Made by a program: the position numbers and the translations under genes. This document shows, piece after piece, positions 32,223 through 42,000 of a stretch of DNA of 64,000 bases. The DNA lies in contig CBDBLO010000002.1 of the NCBI GenBank assembly GCA_965207075.1, forward strand, positions 416,001 to 480,000. Reading direction: 5' to 3'. The DNA is from Nitrosopumilus sp. (GTDB lineage Archaea; Thermoproteota; Nitrososphaeria; Nitrososphaerales; Nitrosopumilaceae). Numbering within the stretch: position 1 is the stretch's first letter; each line of letters begins with the position of its first letter. The notes beneath the pieces were generated by a model. It was not told the DNA's origin. It worked only from the letters and a program-made list of their open reading frames with translations, and did no database searches.

Positions 32223-32747
32223 TCTTTCCCCTTAAGTGGTTCCGGGACATTGAGGCCATGGAAAAAGACGTAATCGGGCGCAGGGTACATATGAGGAGAA
32301 GTGGGGCGGGGATGCTGCACGGGTCCTGCTGATCCGGACGCCTACGGGAAGGCTATGGTGGATATGATAGCCAAGGAACTCAGTCCAAAAGCGGGGGGGG
32401 GGGGGGAAATTCTGGCTCGGCATCAGGGAGCGGGCTGGAAAAGCTCCGGTTCTGATCGTAGTGGCCTCTGTTTTTCCTGAAAGCTGGTTTTGGGCTCGCT
32501 GGATCCTAGGCTTTAAGTCATCTGGTATTACCTGTCTCGCTTTCGCACATGTCAGTCGACGGATCGTCAGTTACACCATTCGGGTTCGACCGAGGGAAGG
32601 ACGACGGGGGGGGGGGGGGAAGAACGCTCCTTACTAGGAAAGAGCCAGAGCATGTTGATCTCCCAAGGCATATACTAGGGCAGTTCCTGTATTTTGAGAA
32701 TGGGCCGGACGAGATCTTGGCAGGCGCCTATCAGTATTGCGTTCGGG

Positions 32748-32903
32748 TCAGGGATCGTATATGGGCCTCTTGTCAATTACAAATTTCAGTTTGGTGTTAG
32801 AAAAACATGTCTTGCACAGATCCAACTCATAAGGGCCCCTGGAGCCTCCATCTAGTACCAGTTTCATGAACTTCTTGGCCTTGCACAAACATCGGTAGAT
32901 CAT
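32748..32903 (-). CDS. Small Cys-containing protein (51 aa), below the ORF track cutoff
   Basis: GAGGAG RBS; MIYRCLCKAKKFMKLVLDGGSRGPYELDLCKTCFSNTKLKFVIDKRPIYDP. Confidence 0.5.
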   Translation of the reverse strand: MIYRCLCKAKKFMKLVLDGGSRGPYELDLCKTCFSNTKLKFVIDKRPIYDP

Positions 32904-33195
32904 TTCGTTTCTCCTCTAAGGAATTGTGCAGCAGTGAGATCGTTTGTTCCAAAATAACGTTTTTTATATCCGGTGATATGAGCCTTCAAATTTTTCTTTG
33001 ATACATATGTACAATCCATTTGCATAGTATTAATGTCGCTTGTTGTATTTATTGCTGTTTAATGGTGTTATCTTCTGCCTTGATAATTTACATTTATCAT
33101 ATGTTGTGTTATTTTAGAAGATCTCTTTTTCTCAAATACCATGATAAATGTTGCTAATGCTCTAAGTGTACTAAGCGTATTTTTTGTGGGCGCGC

Positions 33196-33419
33196 AAAAC
33201 ACGGAAAGCATGGAAAGCGCGACCACGGAAAACACGGAAAGCATGGAAAGCGCGACCACGGAAAACACGGAAAGCATGGAAAGCGCGACCACGGAAAACA
33301 CGGAAAGCATGGAAAGCGCGACCACGGAAAACACGGAAAGCATGGAAAGCGCGACCACGGAAAACACGGAAAGCATGGAAAGCGCGACCACGGAAAACAC
33401 GGAAAACACGGAAAGCATG
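33196..33419. repeat. 33-bp tandem array B (~6.5 units)
   Basis: AAAACACGGAAAGCATGGAAAGCGCGACCACGG from 33196 with period 33. Confidence 0.95.
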
Positions 33420-33676
33420 CCAAGCGCCATTAGTGAACAGGACGATGACGAGTGTACTCGGCAAGCGTCTTCAGGCGCCAGACTCGACACAAATGTCGAC
33501 TTCGCATTATACCAAAGGAACGAAAAACGAAAGGATTGATGGGAAGTCAAGCTGAAGAACAGCGGCTCACCGAAGCCCACCGCCCCGGCAGTCACACCAC
33601 CCTGACAGTGGATCGGCAGCCCCACCGCCCGCGGGCCGTCAAGGTCCGACTGACCACTCCATGGTCGAGCACGGCC

Positions 33677-34885
33677 TCACTGTTTGCCAAACCTGCTTGA
33701 GACGTCCAGTATCTGCTGGATCTTCTCTATCTCGAGCTTCATGTCCTCCAGCTCCCTGTTCTTGATCTCGAGCTCGGTCTTTTCTCTCTCCAGCTGTCGC
33801 TTCTCAAGCCTCACGCGCTCCGTGTCTGACACAGTCAGGAAGGGTATGGCCTTTTCATACTCTGAGAACCTCTCAAAGTCCTCCTCGTTGTACCTCTCAT
33901 AGTGTTTCTCCATCCCCGTGGTGTGCCCCATCATGTCCTCCTTGTCCAGGTAGTTGACCTTGGCGCGCCTCATCATGGTGTTAAAGTACTTTCTAAACCC
34001 GTGGTCGAGCTTGACCTCGTACCGCCTCGTCCCCTCCTTCATCTGGTCGCGGAGGCCTATCTTTGTTACGATCTTGTTGACTCTGGCCTTGATCCCCTTC
34101 TGGTGGAACCGCCTCGGCACGTCAAACCTGGCCGACGCGAGGAGCGGGTCGTCGTCTTTCGGATGGCGCAGAAACCTCGAGCGCCACTCCTTTTTGTACA
34201 GCTCGAGGACCTTGCAGGCCTCCGGCGTGAGAAACGTCCAGTACTCTTCCGGATCCCCGCGGTACACCCTCAGGGCCGCACCTCTGTATTCCACGTCGCC
34301 GTCGGAGGCGGCAGATCCGGACGAAGCGGTGGGAAGCATGACAACGTCCTTCCAGCAAAAGTAGTCCCAGGCCTCCAGCCTGAACCCGCCCGAGGAGAAC
34401 ATCAAAATGATGAGTCTGTCAGTTATGTCCGTACAGTGTACCAGCATCCCCTGGATCTCCTCCCTGGTATATGCGCGGTCCTCGCTCTTTGTCTCCCGCG
34501 GGTACATCTTGTTTATCAGCCCCCACGAGACATCGACCTCGTTTGAGACGAGCAGCGCCTTTATCGGCTTTATCCTGTTCGGGACGGTATTGGCACTGAG
34601 TAGGCCCTGCTCCACCTCCTTGTTGGTCTCCCTCACGTACGACTTGATTATGGACTTGGCGGCGCCAATGTCGTTTCTGGCAAGGTGCACGAACGCGTCG
34701 GCAAGGTGCTCCACGCCGCGCGATTCCGGGGCCGCGCCCGAGCACTTTGTGAATATGCGGTCCGGGATCAGGCTCAGGAACTTTCTGAGGTTCCGCGTAT
34801 AGCCGCGCCTGGTCTCGCTGCCCCGGATCGACCCGAGAAAGTTCGCATAGGCGTCGTTCTCCATTACATCCAGTTCTATGTTCAC
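33677..34885 (-). CDS. Tyrosine recombinase/integrase
   Basis: SSGGFR (Arg), HGFRKYF (HxxR), MMGH, HY catalytic Tyr; adjacent to the tRNA. Confidence 0.93.
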   Translation of the reverse strand: MNIELDVMENDAYANFLGSIRGSETRRGYTRNLRKFLSLIPDRIFTKCSGAAPESRGVEHLADAFVHLARNDIGAAKSIIKSYVRETNKEVEQGLLSANTVPNRIKPIKALLVSNEVDVSWGLINKMYPRETKSEDRAYTREEIQGMLVHCTDITDRLIILMFSSGGFRLEAWDYFCWKDVVMLPTASSGSAASDGDVEYRGAALRVYRGDPEEYWTFLTPEACKVLELYKKEWRSRFLRHPKDDDPLLASARFDVPRRFHQKGIKARVNKIVTKIGLRDQMKEGTRRYEVKLDHGFRKYFNTMMRRAKVNYLDKEDMMGHTTGMEKHYERYNEEDFERFSEYEKAIPFLTVSDTERVRLEKRQLEREKTELEIKNRELEDMKLEIEKIQQILDVSSRFGKQ

Positions 34886-34929
34886 GCTTCTATTAAGGGG
34901 TTGGGCCTATTTGAGTCACTAAAACGAGG

Positions 34930-35004
34930 CGGGCCCAAAGGGCTTCGATCCCTTGACCATTGGATTAGAAGTCCAACACTCTATCCATGCTGAGCTATGG
35001 GCCC
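34930..35004 (-). tRNA. tRNA-Arg (TCT)
   Basis: GGGCCCA/TGGGCCC acceptor stem; anticodon arm TTGGA-CTTCTAA-TCCAA; T-arm AAGGG-ATCGAAG-CCCTT. Confidence 0.95.
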
Positions 35005-35168
35005 AAGAAGCTTGCAGCCCGGTGCGGTTTTAAGGGTTTTTTTGGCGATCCGCTGCACATTTCCAATCATTTCGTGCCGCGTGTAGCTGTCTACCATATA
35101 GCATCGACTGCATGGTACGTCTGTCCCGGAGCACGGTCTCGTTTCTGCTGTGTGGCATACGCGGCATG

Positions 35169-36143
35169 TCATATCTTCTGCCTCCAGGAGGCGCCTGCGT
35201 CGTCCCTGGCCATCTTGAATAGCCACTGCTGCGCGTACCCTGCGTACGGCCCAAAGTATTCTGCTATCTTGCCGTGTGCGGCCCTGTATCGTTTGTCGGT
35301 CAGATGTTCTAGTGGTGACGGGGGGGACGATGATGATGACGCTGACGATACTGCATGAGACCCCCGGCTCCCGAACACGCCCCTGTAGCGCGTGTCCAGG
35401 ACGCGCAGCATCCACCGGTCAAGCGGGAACGCGTCCAGCCTCTCAAGCGAGAACAGCATTATGCAGTCGGCCACCTTGTTCCCGACGCCCGGTATGGAGA
35501 GCACCGCGTCCATCATGTCGTCATAGTCTTTCATCTCCTTGATGCGCCCAAAGTCGATCTCGCCTGACTCGACCATCTCCGATGCTTCCTTGATGTACGC
35601 GGCGCGGTACCCGACGCCGCACTCTTGTATCTCCCGTATGGTTGCGCCCGCAAGCGCCGACGGCGCGGGAAAGAGGTGCATCGTACCCGCGCCGCCTCCC
35701 ACGTCCACGGGCCTGCCAAACGTCTCTGCCATGCGCGAGAGGTTGCCTGTTATGCGCCGTATGTTGGAGTTTGCAGACGTGATGAACGACACCATGCACT
35801 GGTACGGGTCCTGCCTGATGATCCTCAGGTCGCGGTACCTACGCGCGGCCTCCACCGTGGTATCATCCTGCGGCATCGACTCTGGTATGCGGCCTGGATT
35901 GTCCGAGTCCCTGAGCAAGTCTTTCTTGTATGCGGACCATTTGCCGCCCTTCTGGTATGTACTGGTCCTTCCCGTATCCCCGTCGACCCTGAGTATCTCC
36001 TGGCCCTGGACGCCGTACCACCACAACCCCCTTCCTTTCTTCTGGACGGTTCTCCACAGGAACACCTGCCCACTGTTCATGGTGTCGGCTATATTGACTG
36101 CCGCGCGGCCCGCCCCCTTGCCTGAGCCACCCGAACGCTGCAT
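35169..36143 (-). CDS. 8-oxoguanine DNA glycosylase/AP lyase (OGG1-type)
   Basis: TMNSGQ.F.W, LRIIRQDP, S.N.NI.RI, GYRA, GVG.KVADC, PLD. Confidence 0.9.
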   Translation of the reverse strand: MQRSGGSGKGAGRAAVNIADTMNSGQVFLWRTVQKKGRGLWWYGVQGQEILRVDGDTGRTSTYQKGGKWSAYKKDLLRDSDNPGRIPESMPQDDTTVEAARRYRDLRIIRQDPYQCMVSFITSANSNIRRITGNLSRMAETFGRPVDVGGGAGTMHLFPAPSALAGATIREIQECGVGYRAAYIKEASEMVESGEIDFGRIKEMKDYDDMMDAVLSIPGVGNKVADCIMLFSLERLDAFPLDRWMLRVLDTRYRGVFGSRGSHAVSSASSSSSPPSPLEHLTDKRYRAAHGKIAEYFGPYAGYAQQWLFKMARDDAGASWRQKI

Positions 36144-36144
36144 C

Positions 36145-37440
36145 TCAGACCGGTATCGTGTCGTTTGCGGCGGGGACCTGCGCCTCCCACCCGAACTCAT
36201 CGTGGATCTCCTGCGCAAATGCAGTGCAGGACTCCCCGTCCCCGTGCACCGTAAGCACCTTGGGGTCGCCCTCTATACTCTTTAGCATGGCAAAGAGCTC
36301 GTTCCTGTCCGCGTGCCCGGAAAACTCGAACTTTCTGACCTCGGCCTCCACCTTGATCTCCTTGCCCCTCGCCTCCACCTTGCCGGTGTCCAGCAGCATC
36401 CTGCCCGGCGTGCCGTCGCCCTGGTACGACACGAGGGCTATCCCGTTCCTCTTCTCGAACGCCAGCTCCTGCAGGTAGAAGACTGCGTTGCCCCCGACCA
36501 GCATTCCGGCAGGCGATATCACGACGCACGGCTCCGCGTAGCTGCCGTCGGCGGCCTTTGCGTCCCTCAGGGCGCGCTTGCGGTGGGCGTGGTCCCTTAT
36601 GGCGACCGAGTCTTTTATGGCGCTCTTGAAGACGTCCGGGTCTCGGAGGTACTCGGGATGCCTGAATATGATATCGTTAACCTTTAGCGCCATGCCATCC
36701 ATGATTATCCTGTGCTTGAAGTTGGCGGCGCGCAGCACGCAGGCGATCTCCTGCGACCGCTCCACCGAGAACGACGGTATGAAGAGGACGCCCTTCCTGT
36801 CCATCACCTCGTTTGCAAACTCCACCAGGTCCCGCTCGGACTCGGCCCTGGGGGTCTGCACCGTCTGCGAGTACGTGCTCTCGGTGATCAGCATGTCGAT
36901 CTCCCCCACGTCGAGGTCCGCCTCGCGGAGCATCCGGGATCCGTTGGTCTTTATGTCGCCGGTGTAAAACAGCCTCTTTGAGCCGGACTCGACCAGCACG
37001 GTGCTCCCGCCTACCACGTGGCCCGATTCGCGCAGCTCAAACGTCGCGTCGCCCTTTGACACTTTTTCTTTGTACCCGATGCCCTTTGCGCTCTTCATCA
37101 TCCTGTTGAGCTCCGGCATGTCAAACTGGTGCGCGTTCTTCTCTATCTTGAGCATGTCTGCTATCAGCAGCTCGGACAGGTCGAGCGTGGGCGGCGTGGC
37201 ATAGACGTCCGTGCGGCCGCTGACAAACATGGAAGGAACGCACCCCGAATGGTCCAAGTGCGCGTGCGTTATTACGATGGCATCCAAGTCCTTGGGCCTG
37301 ACGTGCAGCGGGTACGTGGGCGGCGTACCCCTCCTGCCGAACATCACCCCGTAGTCTAGCAGTATGCTGGCGCCCTCGCAGTTTACAAGAAAGCCGGACC
37401 TTCCAACCTCGCCGGCCGCTCCCAGTACTCGCACATCCAA
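36145..37440 (-). CDS. beta-CASP MBL-fold ribonuclease
   Basis: GAAGEVGRS, THAHLDH, YTGD, TESTY, FSGHAD, VHGD. Confidence 0.92.
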   Translation of the reverse strand: MDVRVLGAAGEVGRSGFLVNCEGASILLDYGVMFGRRGTPPTYPLHVRPKDLDAIVITHAHLDHSGCVPSMFVSGRTDVYATPPTLDLSELLIADMLKIEKNAHQFDMPELNRMMKSAKGIGYKEKVSKGDATFELRESGHVVGGSTVLVESGSKRLFYTGDIKTNGSRMLREADLDVGEIDMLITESTYSQTVQTPRAESERDLVEFANEVMDRKGVLFIPSFSVERSQEIACVLRAANFKHRIIMDGMALKVNDIIFRHPEYLRDPDVFKSAIKDSVAIRDHAHRKRALRDAKAADGSYAEPCVVISPAGMLVGGNAVFYLQELAFEKRNGIALVSYQGDGTPGRMLLDTGKVEARGKEIKVEAEVRKFEFSGHADRNELFAMLKSIEGDPKVLTVHGDGESCTAFAQEIHDEFGWEAQVPAANDTIPV

Positions 37441-37616
37441 GAATTAACGTCCAAAAACGTCTACGTTAAAACCTTCTTTTTTGCCTCCATGCGGCGTGTG
37501 TGCAGATCGCAGTCCAGCCGGCGTCCCGTCCTGCGGCCTGCCCCGGTGCGGCCCTTTATTATGCACCCCGTGAAATCTTCAAAAGCTTTAATTACTATAA
37601 TCTATTCCTGCTGTTC

Positions 37617-37829
37617 ATGGGTAGAACCTATGAAGAGTGGCTTGCCCAGCAGGACGCCGATCTTGTAAAAAAGGTCCGTGCCGGCGACGAGGACAACAAG
37701 CCCCTTCTGAACCAAATTAACTGGATCTGGGTTAATAATCTGATGAATCAGAAGGCTGACCTGAATCCGAGTTCTGCTGAACTTCTTGACTGGGTCACAT
37801 CCGGTCAGATCGACGCAATGAGAAAGTAA
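37617..37829 (+). CDS. Small conserved hypothetical protein
   Basis: MGRTYEEW... 70 aa; TATA-like upstream; T-rich downstream. Confidence 0.75.
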   Translation: MGRTYEEWLAQQDADLVKKVRAGDEDNKPLLNQINWIWVNNLMNQKADLNPSSAELLDWVTSGQIDAMRK

Positions 37830-37958
37830 TAGCGTGGCTTTGGGCCCGTTTTCTCTTTTCTTTTGTTTTGTGTGCATCAAAGGGCTGGGATCCGTTTCAT
37901 AACAGGGTTATGATATCAGCTCACAGTTTAAATAGTAAATAGCCAAAGATGACTTGTA

Positions 37959-38261
37959 ATGCCTATAGCAATACTGCCGGACATTGACGAGCAGAGGTGT
38001 ATTGGCTGCGCGCTGTGCGTGGAGATCTGTACAACACTGGGACCCGATGTCCTCAGAGTAAAGCCAGTCGAAGGCTGGAAGAGAGGTAAGGCATTTGTCT
38101 TTTACCCGGAGAGATGCATCTCTGACGGCGCGTGCATTGGCGTGTGCCCGACAAAGTCCATCTTCTGGATGAGGCCGATGAACTATACCGCCGGTCAGCC
38201 GGTACCGCTCCACAAGAACGGTGTCTTCGTAAACGGCTGGGCCGAAGATGCGGCACTATAA
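37959..38261 (+). CDS. 2x[4Fe-4S] ferredoxin
   Basis: CIGCALCVEIC and CISDGACIGVCP. Confidence 0.93.
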   Translation: MPIAILPDIDEQRCIGCALCVEICTTLGPDVLRVKPVEGWKRGKAFVFYPERCISDGACIGVCPTKSIFWMRPMNYTAGQPVPLHKNGVFVNGWAEDAAL

Positions 38262-38303
38262 CCGCTCTTTTTCTTTCTTCTTTATTTTACTTGGACGGTC
38301 GTA

Positions 38304-39920
38304 CTACGGCGCGGCGCCGTCTGCCCTCTTCAGACTGCGCTTTTTCACGCCCTTGAGCCTCTTTACAAAATGGCCCAGAAACGCGTCGCCTTTGTCGTAC
38401 CACACCTCTGCAAATCCGTTGTTCCCAAAGAACGCGTCCCACGTCTTGGCAAACTCCGTGCACGCGGCCGGGTCCACGCGTACGCGCGCCTGTTCGTGGT
38501 GCGCCGCCGGATAGACGTCGGATATCTCGATTGGTATTATCCCAAGTATGGGGCTGTACTGGCAGAACTGGACATCGTCGCTCCCACTGCTCCGCTTGTA
38601 CAGCTCCCTGTACTCGCGGGACATGTATCCAGGCTTTGTGTGGGACTCGGGGGTTATCGCGACGATGCTCTTTCTGGTCCGGAACTTGCGCACGATGTCG
38701 TGGTATGCGACAACCTCGGGCCTGTGCTGGTCCTCCGCCCCGTACAGGAAGGCGGCCTTTTGCTTGTACTGGGGCGTTCCGGCCCTGAACATGCCGCTGA
38801 TATCCAGCGGCGGCGCCGCCGATGTTGGTGACGGCGATGTTGACGACAATGGCAAAGAAGAAGAAGACGGCGTCATCAGGTGCGTGACGGCCTCGTACAG
38901 CCTGGGGTGCGCCCTTGACTTTTTCATGACATACTCCCACAGTCTGCCCTCGGTAATCGCCTGCTTTGTCCTGTCCACCTCGAGCTTTATCGCGTACAGG
39001 TTGTGCAACGCTATGTTGTCGACCCTCTGCTCCTGCGGCATGAGGCGCAGCTCGCCGGGCTCATACCTGGAGCATACGGCGCAGCAGCACGGAAAGTACT
39101 CGATCTCGTCCAGCATGCGCGTGCCGTCCTCGGTCATGTACCGGCCGTGCTTTGCGTACAGTATGTACGATGCCGAGTCGAACGTGTCGCATCCGAGCGC
39201 GACGGCAAGCGGTATCGTGAGCGGGTGGCCTGCCCCGAACAGGTGGAGCGGTATGCCGTGAGGCATGCTGCGCTTTGCAGTCGCGATCATCTCGGCCAGC
39301 AGCCTGTATTCGTACGACTCCATGAACTCCACGGGGCTGCCGAGCGCCAGCATCTCAAAGCCCATCCTCACCAGACTCTTGGTCGACCTTGCCACCAGGT
39401 CCCGGTGCTCCCCGCCCTGGATGGGGCCTATCCATGTCTGGCCGTTGTCGCCGTTTGCGCCCTCGGCGGCACGCAGGGCCTCCCTTGACACCCTGAGTGT
39501 GTCCCTGACGTACGACTCTGCGGCATCGCGCCCCATGCCGAACCCCGTCGGCTTGTCCAGTGGGATGGCAAAGTCGGTGCGTATGCCCCTCTCAAACTCG
39601 GCCATCTCCGGCGGGGTGACCCCGACCTTGCCGTATTCGAGCACCTGGTATCCGCCCGAGTCGGTCATTATGGCGCCGTCGTACTTGATGATGTCGTGTA
39701 TGCCGCGCCTGACGGCCTCGTCGTGGCCGTAGGTGTTCCTTGTGATGTATGCGTTTGTTATCACGATCTCAAAGCCCATCTCCTTGATGCGGGATGCCGG
39801 AATGGTCTGCTTTGCGGGGTGTATGACCGGCACGTACGCGGGGGTCTCCACGGCCCCGTGTCCCGTCTGCATCCTGCCTATGCGGGCGGCCAGATCCGTC
39901 TTTTGAATCTCAAACCGCAT
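38304..39920 (-). CDS. tgtA: Archaeosine tRNA-guanine(15) transglycosylase
   Basis: ETPA.VPV.HP, MTDSGGYQ, PIQGG, HLFGAGHP, FDSASY, C.C.VC...HNL. Confidence 0.95.
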   Translation of the reverse strand: MRFEIQKTDLAARIGRMQTGHGAVETPAYVPVIHPAKQTIPASRIKEMGFEIVITNAYITRNTYGHDEAVRRGIHDIIKYDGAIMTDSGGYQVLEYGKVGVTPPEMAEFERGIRTDFAIPLDKPTGFGMGRDAAESYVRDTLRVSREALRAAEGANGDNGQTWIGPIQGGEHRDLVARSTKSLVRMGFEMLALGSPVEFMESYEYRLLAEMIATAKRSMPHGIPLHLFGAGHPLTIPLAVALGCDTFDSASYILYAKHGRYMTEDGTRMLDEIEYFPCCCAVCSRYEPGELRLMPQEQRVDNIALHNLYAIKLEVDRTKQAITEGRLWEYVMKKSRAHPRLYEAVTHLMTPSSSSLPLSSTSPSPTSAAPPLDISGMFRAGTPQYKQKAAFLYGAEDQHRPEVVAYHDIVRKFRTRKSIVAITPESHTKPGYMSREYRELYKRSSGSDDVQFCQYSPILGIIPIEISDVYPAAHHEQARVRVDPAACTEFAKTWDAFFGNNGFAEVWYDKGDAFLGHFVKRLKGVKKRSLKRADGAAP

Positions 39921-39950
39921 GGAGTCGTCGCGCCATGATTGGCTAATTAA

Positions 39951-40691
39951 TCATACCGTGCCGCCGGGCCAGCCGGGCATGATGTCCTTGAGCATCTTCT
40001 CGTACGCGGTCTTGTCGGCAAGCCAGCCTATGCGCTCGCCGGGCTCCCGGGCGCCCCCCGCGTCCGGTGAATCTGGCGGCGTTGCCTGCGGCGCCCGGCT
40101 GTTGCCGCCCTTGTTCCCGCCGCCCCCGCGACATACTCGCTCCGCATCGGCCAGTATCACGCGCGCAGTCTCTTGCGCCTCCCTGCCGGTGGTGTCGTAC
40201 TGGCCCGTCGCCCCGTACCGCGCAGCGTACGTGTCAAACGATATGGTCCCGAGCATCTCGGCCCCCGCGTTCTCCTTTGCCTTGCGCTCCGAGTACCCCC
40301 TCTCCTCGTACACCCTGATCAGCTCGTACGGGTTTCTCCTCAGTACGGCTGCAAGTATCACGTCGTCAGCCGGTATCACATACGGCGCCAGGTGCCCCAC
40401 GACGATGTACCTGCCCGGGGCCGCGAGCGCGCCGCGCGCCGCGTCTGACAGTGTATTGGCATCCACGTCAGTCGTGTCCGACGCGGGGTCGTAACCCCCC
40501 GCGGCATCAAGCAGCCCTTCTGCGCGCGCCACCTCGTTTATGTCGACTATCTGCCAGCCCGAGTCCCCCGCCTGCGCCATCCGGGACTGGAGGGCCCCGG
40601 CCACGGTATGCTTGCCGACCCCGGGGGTGCCGGTTATCAGTATGATGCGCCGGTGGTCCCTTCCTTCCCCTGAGATGTCCCAGCCGTCCAT
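39951..40691 (-). CDS. AK6/Fap7-like adenylate kinase
   Basis: ITGTPGVGK, VVGH, RGYS..K..EN..AE. Confidence 0.85.
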   Translation of the reverse strand: MDGWDISGEGRDHRRIILITGTPGVGKHTVAGALQSRMAQAGDSGWQIVDINEVARAEGLLDAAGGYDPASDTTDVDANTLSDAARGALAAPGRYIVVGHLAPYVIPADDVILAAVLRRNPYELIRVYEERGYSERKAKENAGAEMLGTISFDTYAARYGATGQYDTTGREAQETARVILADAERVCRGGGGNKGGNSRAPQATPPDSPDAGGAREPGERIGWLADKTAYEKMLKDIMPGWPGGTV

Positions 40692-40744
40692 TGGTGCACT
40701 TTGCGATGCGATACTAATATGAAGCAGGCGGCCGCCGTCGCCTT

Positions 40745-41959
40745 ATGCAGATTGGGCTGCTGGGCAAGGCAAACGTGGGCAAGTCAACATTCTTCTCGGC
40801 CGCGACGGAGGTTGCCGTACCGTCGGGAAACTTTCCATTCACTACGATCGAGCCCAACGTGGGGGTCGCGCATGTGGAGACTAAGTGCGCCTGCGCGCAC
40901 TTTGGGATCGAGCACCAGAACGACCTGTGCCGGGACGGTACCCGGCTGGTGCCCGTGCGGCTGATCGACGTGGCCGGGCTGGTGCCCGGGGCGCACGAGG
41001 GCAAGGGGCTTGGAAACAAGTTCCTTGACAATGCGCGGCAGGCCGAGATCCTGATACACGTGGTGGACGCGGCCGGGACCACCGACATACAGGGGCAGCC
41101 GGTCGCGGCCGGCACGCACGACCCGGCCGAGGACGTCAGGTTCGTGAGGGACGAGTTCGACCTGTGGTTTGCAGACATACTGATGCGCGACTGGGACAGG
41201 ATAATCCGCGAGGTGGATCAAAAGCGCACAAAGCTGGCAGACGGCATCGCCGAGCGGTTCTCGGGGCTGGGCATAACCGCGTCCGACGTGCACCGCGTCC
41301 TTGCGGGCATGAACCTTGAGGGGCGCGGGCCCGCCGAGTGGTCCGAGTCCGACACCGTATCCTTTGCGCGCCGCCTGCGCGCAGACGCAAAGCCGATGAT
41401 AATCGCGGCAAACAAGGCCGACCTGTGCGGCGGCGGCATCCAGGACGCGGCAGCGGCCCTTGCCGGCGCGTCGGACGGCGCGCGGGTGGTACCGTGCAGC
41501 GCCGAGACGGAGCTGCTGCTGCGAAAGGCGGCCAAGGCCGGGGTGATCACGTACGCTCCGGGCGCCGGCTCGTTTGAGGTCGCTCCGGGAGCCGCGGACA
41601 AGCTGGCGCCGCAGCAGAGAAAGGCGCTTGACATGGCGGCAGCCATCCTGTCCCGCATGTCTGACACGGGCGTGCAGAAACTGCTTGACATGGCCGTCTT
41701 TGAGATTCTGGGGTACATCGTGGTCTATCCGGTGGAGGACGAGACCCGACTTACGAACAAGGACGGGCAGGTGCTGCCCGACTCCCGGCTGGTGCCCCGC
41801 GGATCCACCGTCCGGGACTTGGCCGCCTCCGTCCACGCGGACCTGGCCGAGGGGCTCCTGCACGCCATAGACTGCAAGACCAAGCAGCGGATAAGCGGGG
41901 ACAAGCAGCTGAGCGACGGCGACGTGATAAAGATCGTGTCGACCATGAGCAGGGGATGA
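40745..41959 (+). CDS. ychF: YchF/Obg-family ATPase/GTPase with TGS domain
   Basis: GKANVGKST, FPFTTIEPN, DVAGLV.GA..G.GLGNKFL, NKAD. Confidence 0.93.
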   Translation: MQIGLLGKANVGKSTFFSAATEVAVPSGNFPFTTIEPNVGVAHVETKCACAHFGIEHQNDLCRDGTRLVPVRLIDVAGLVPGAHEGKGLGNKFLDNARQAEILIHVVDAAGTTDIQGQPVAAGTHDPAEDVRFVRDEFDLWFADILMRDWDRIIREVDQKRTKLADGIAERFSGLGITASDVHRVLAGMNLEGRGPAEWSESDTVSFARRLRADAKPMIIAANKADLCGGGIQDAAAALAGASDGARVVPCSAETELLLRKAAKAGVITYAPGAGSFEVAPGAADKLAPQQRKALDMAAAILSRMSDTGVQKLLDMAVFEILGYIVVYPVEDETRLTNKDGQVLPDSRLVPRGSTVRDLAASVHADLAEGLLHAIDCKTKQRISGDKQLSDGDVIKIVSTMSRG

Positions 41960-42000
41960 TGATCGTGACGGAGCAGGCTGCGTGACGCGTATGGTGGAGG

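Noticed and set aside
30714-33419. CRISPR interpretation of the 33-bp arrays
   Set aside because: Units are head-to-tail with no unique spacers, and no cas genes were recognised
33068-33625. Repeat-derived ORFs (TENTESMESAT, KAWKARPRKTR, FPCFPWSR)
   Set aside because: A stop-free 33-bp unit opens all these frames automatically; nothing singles out one as real
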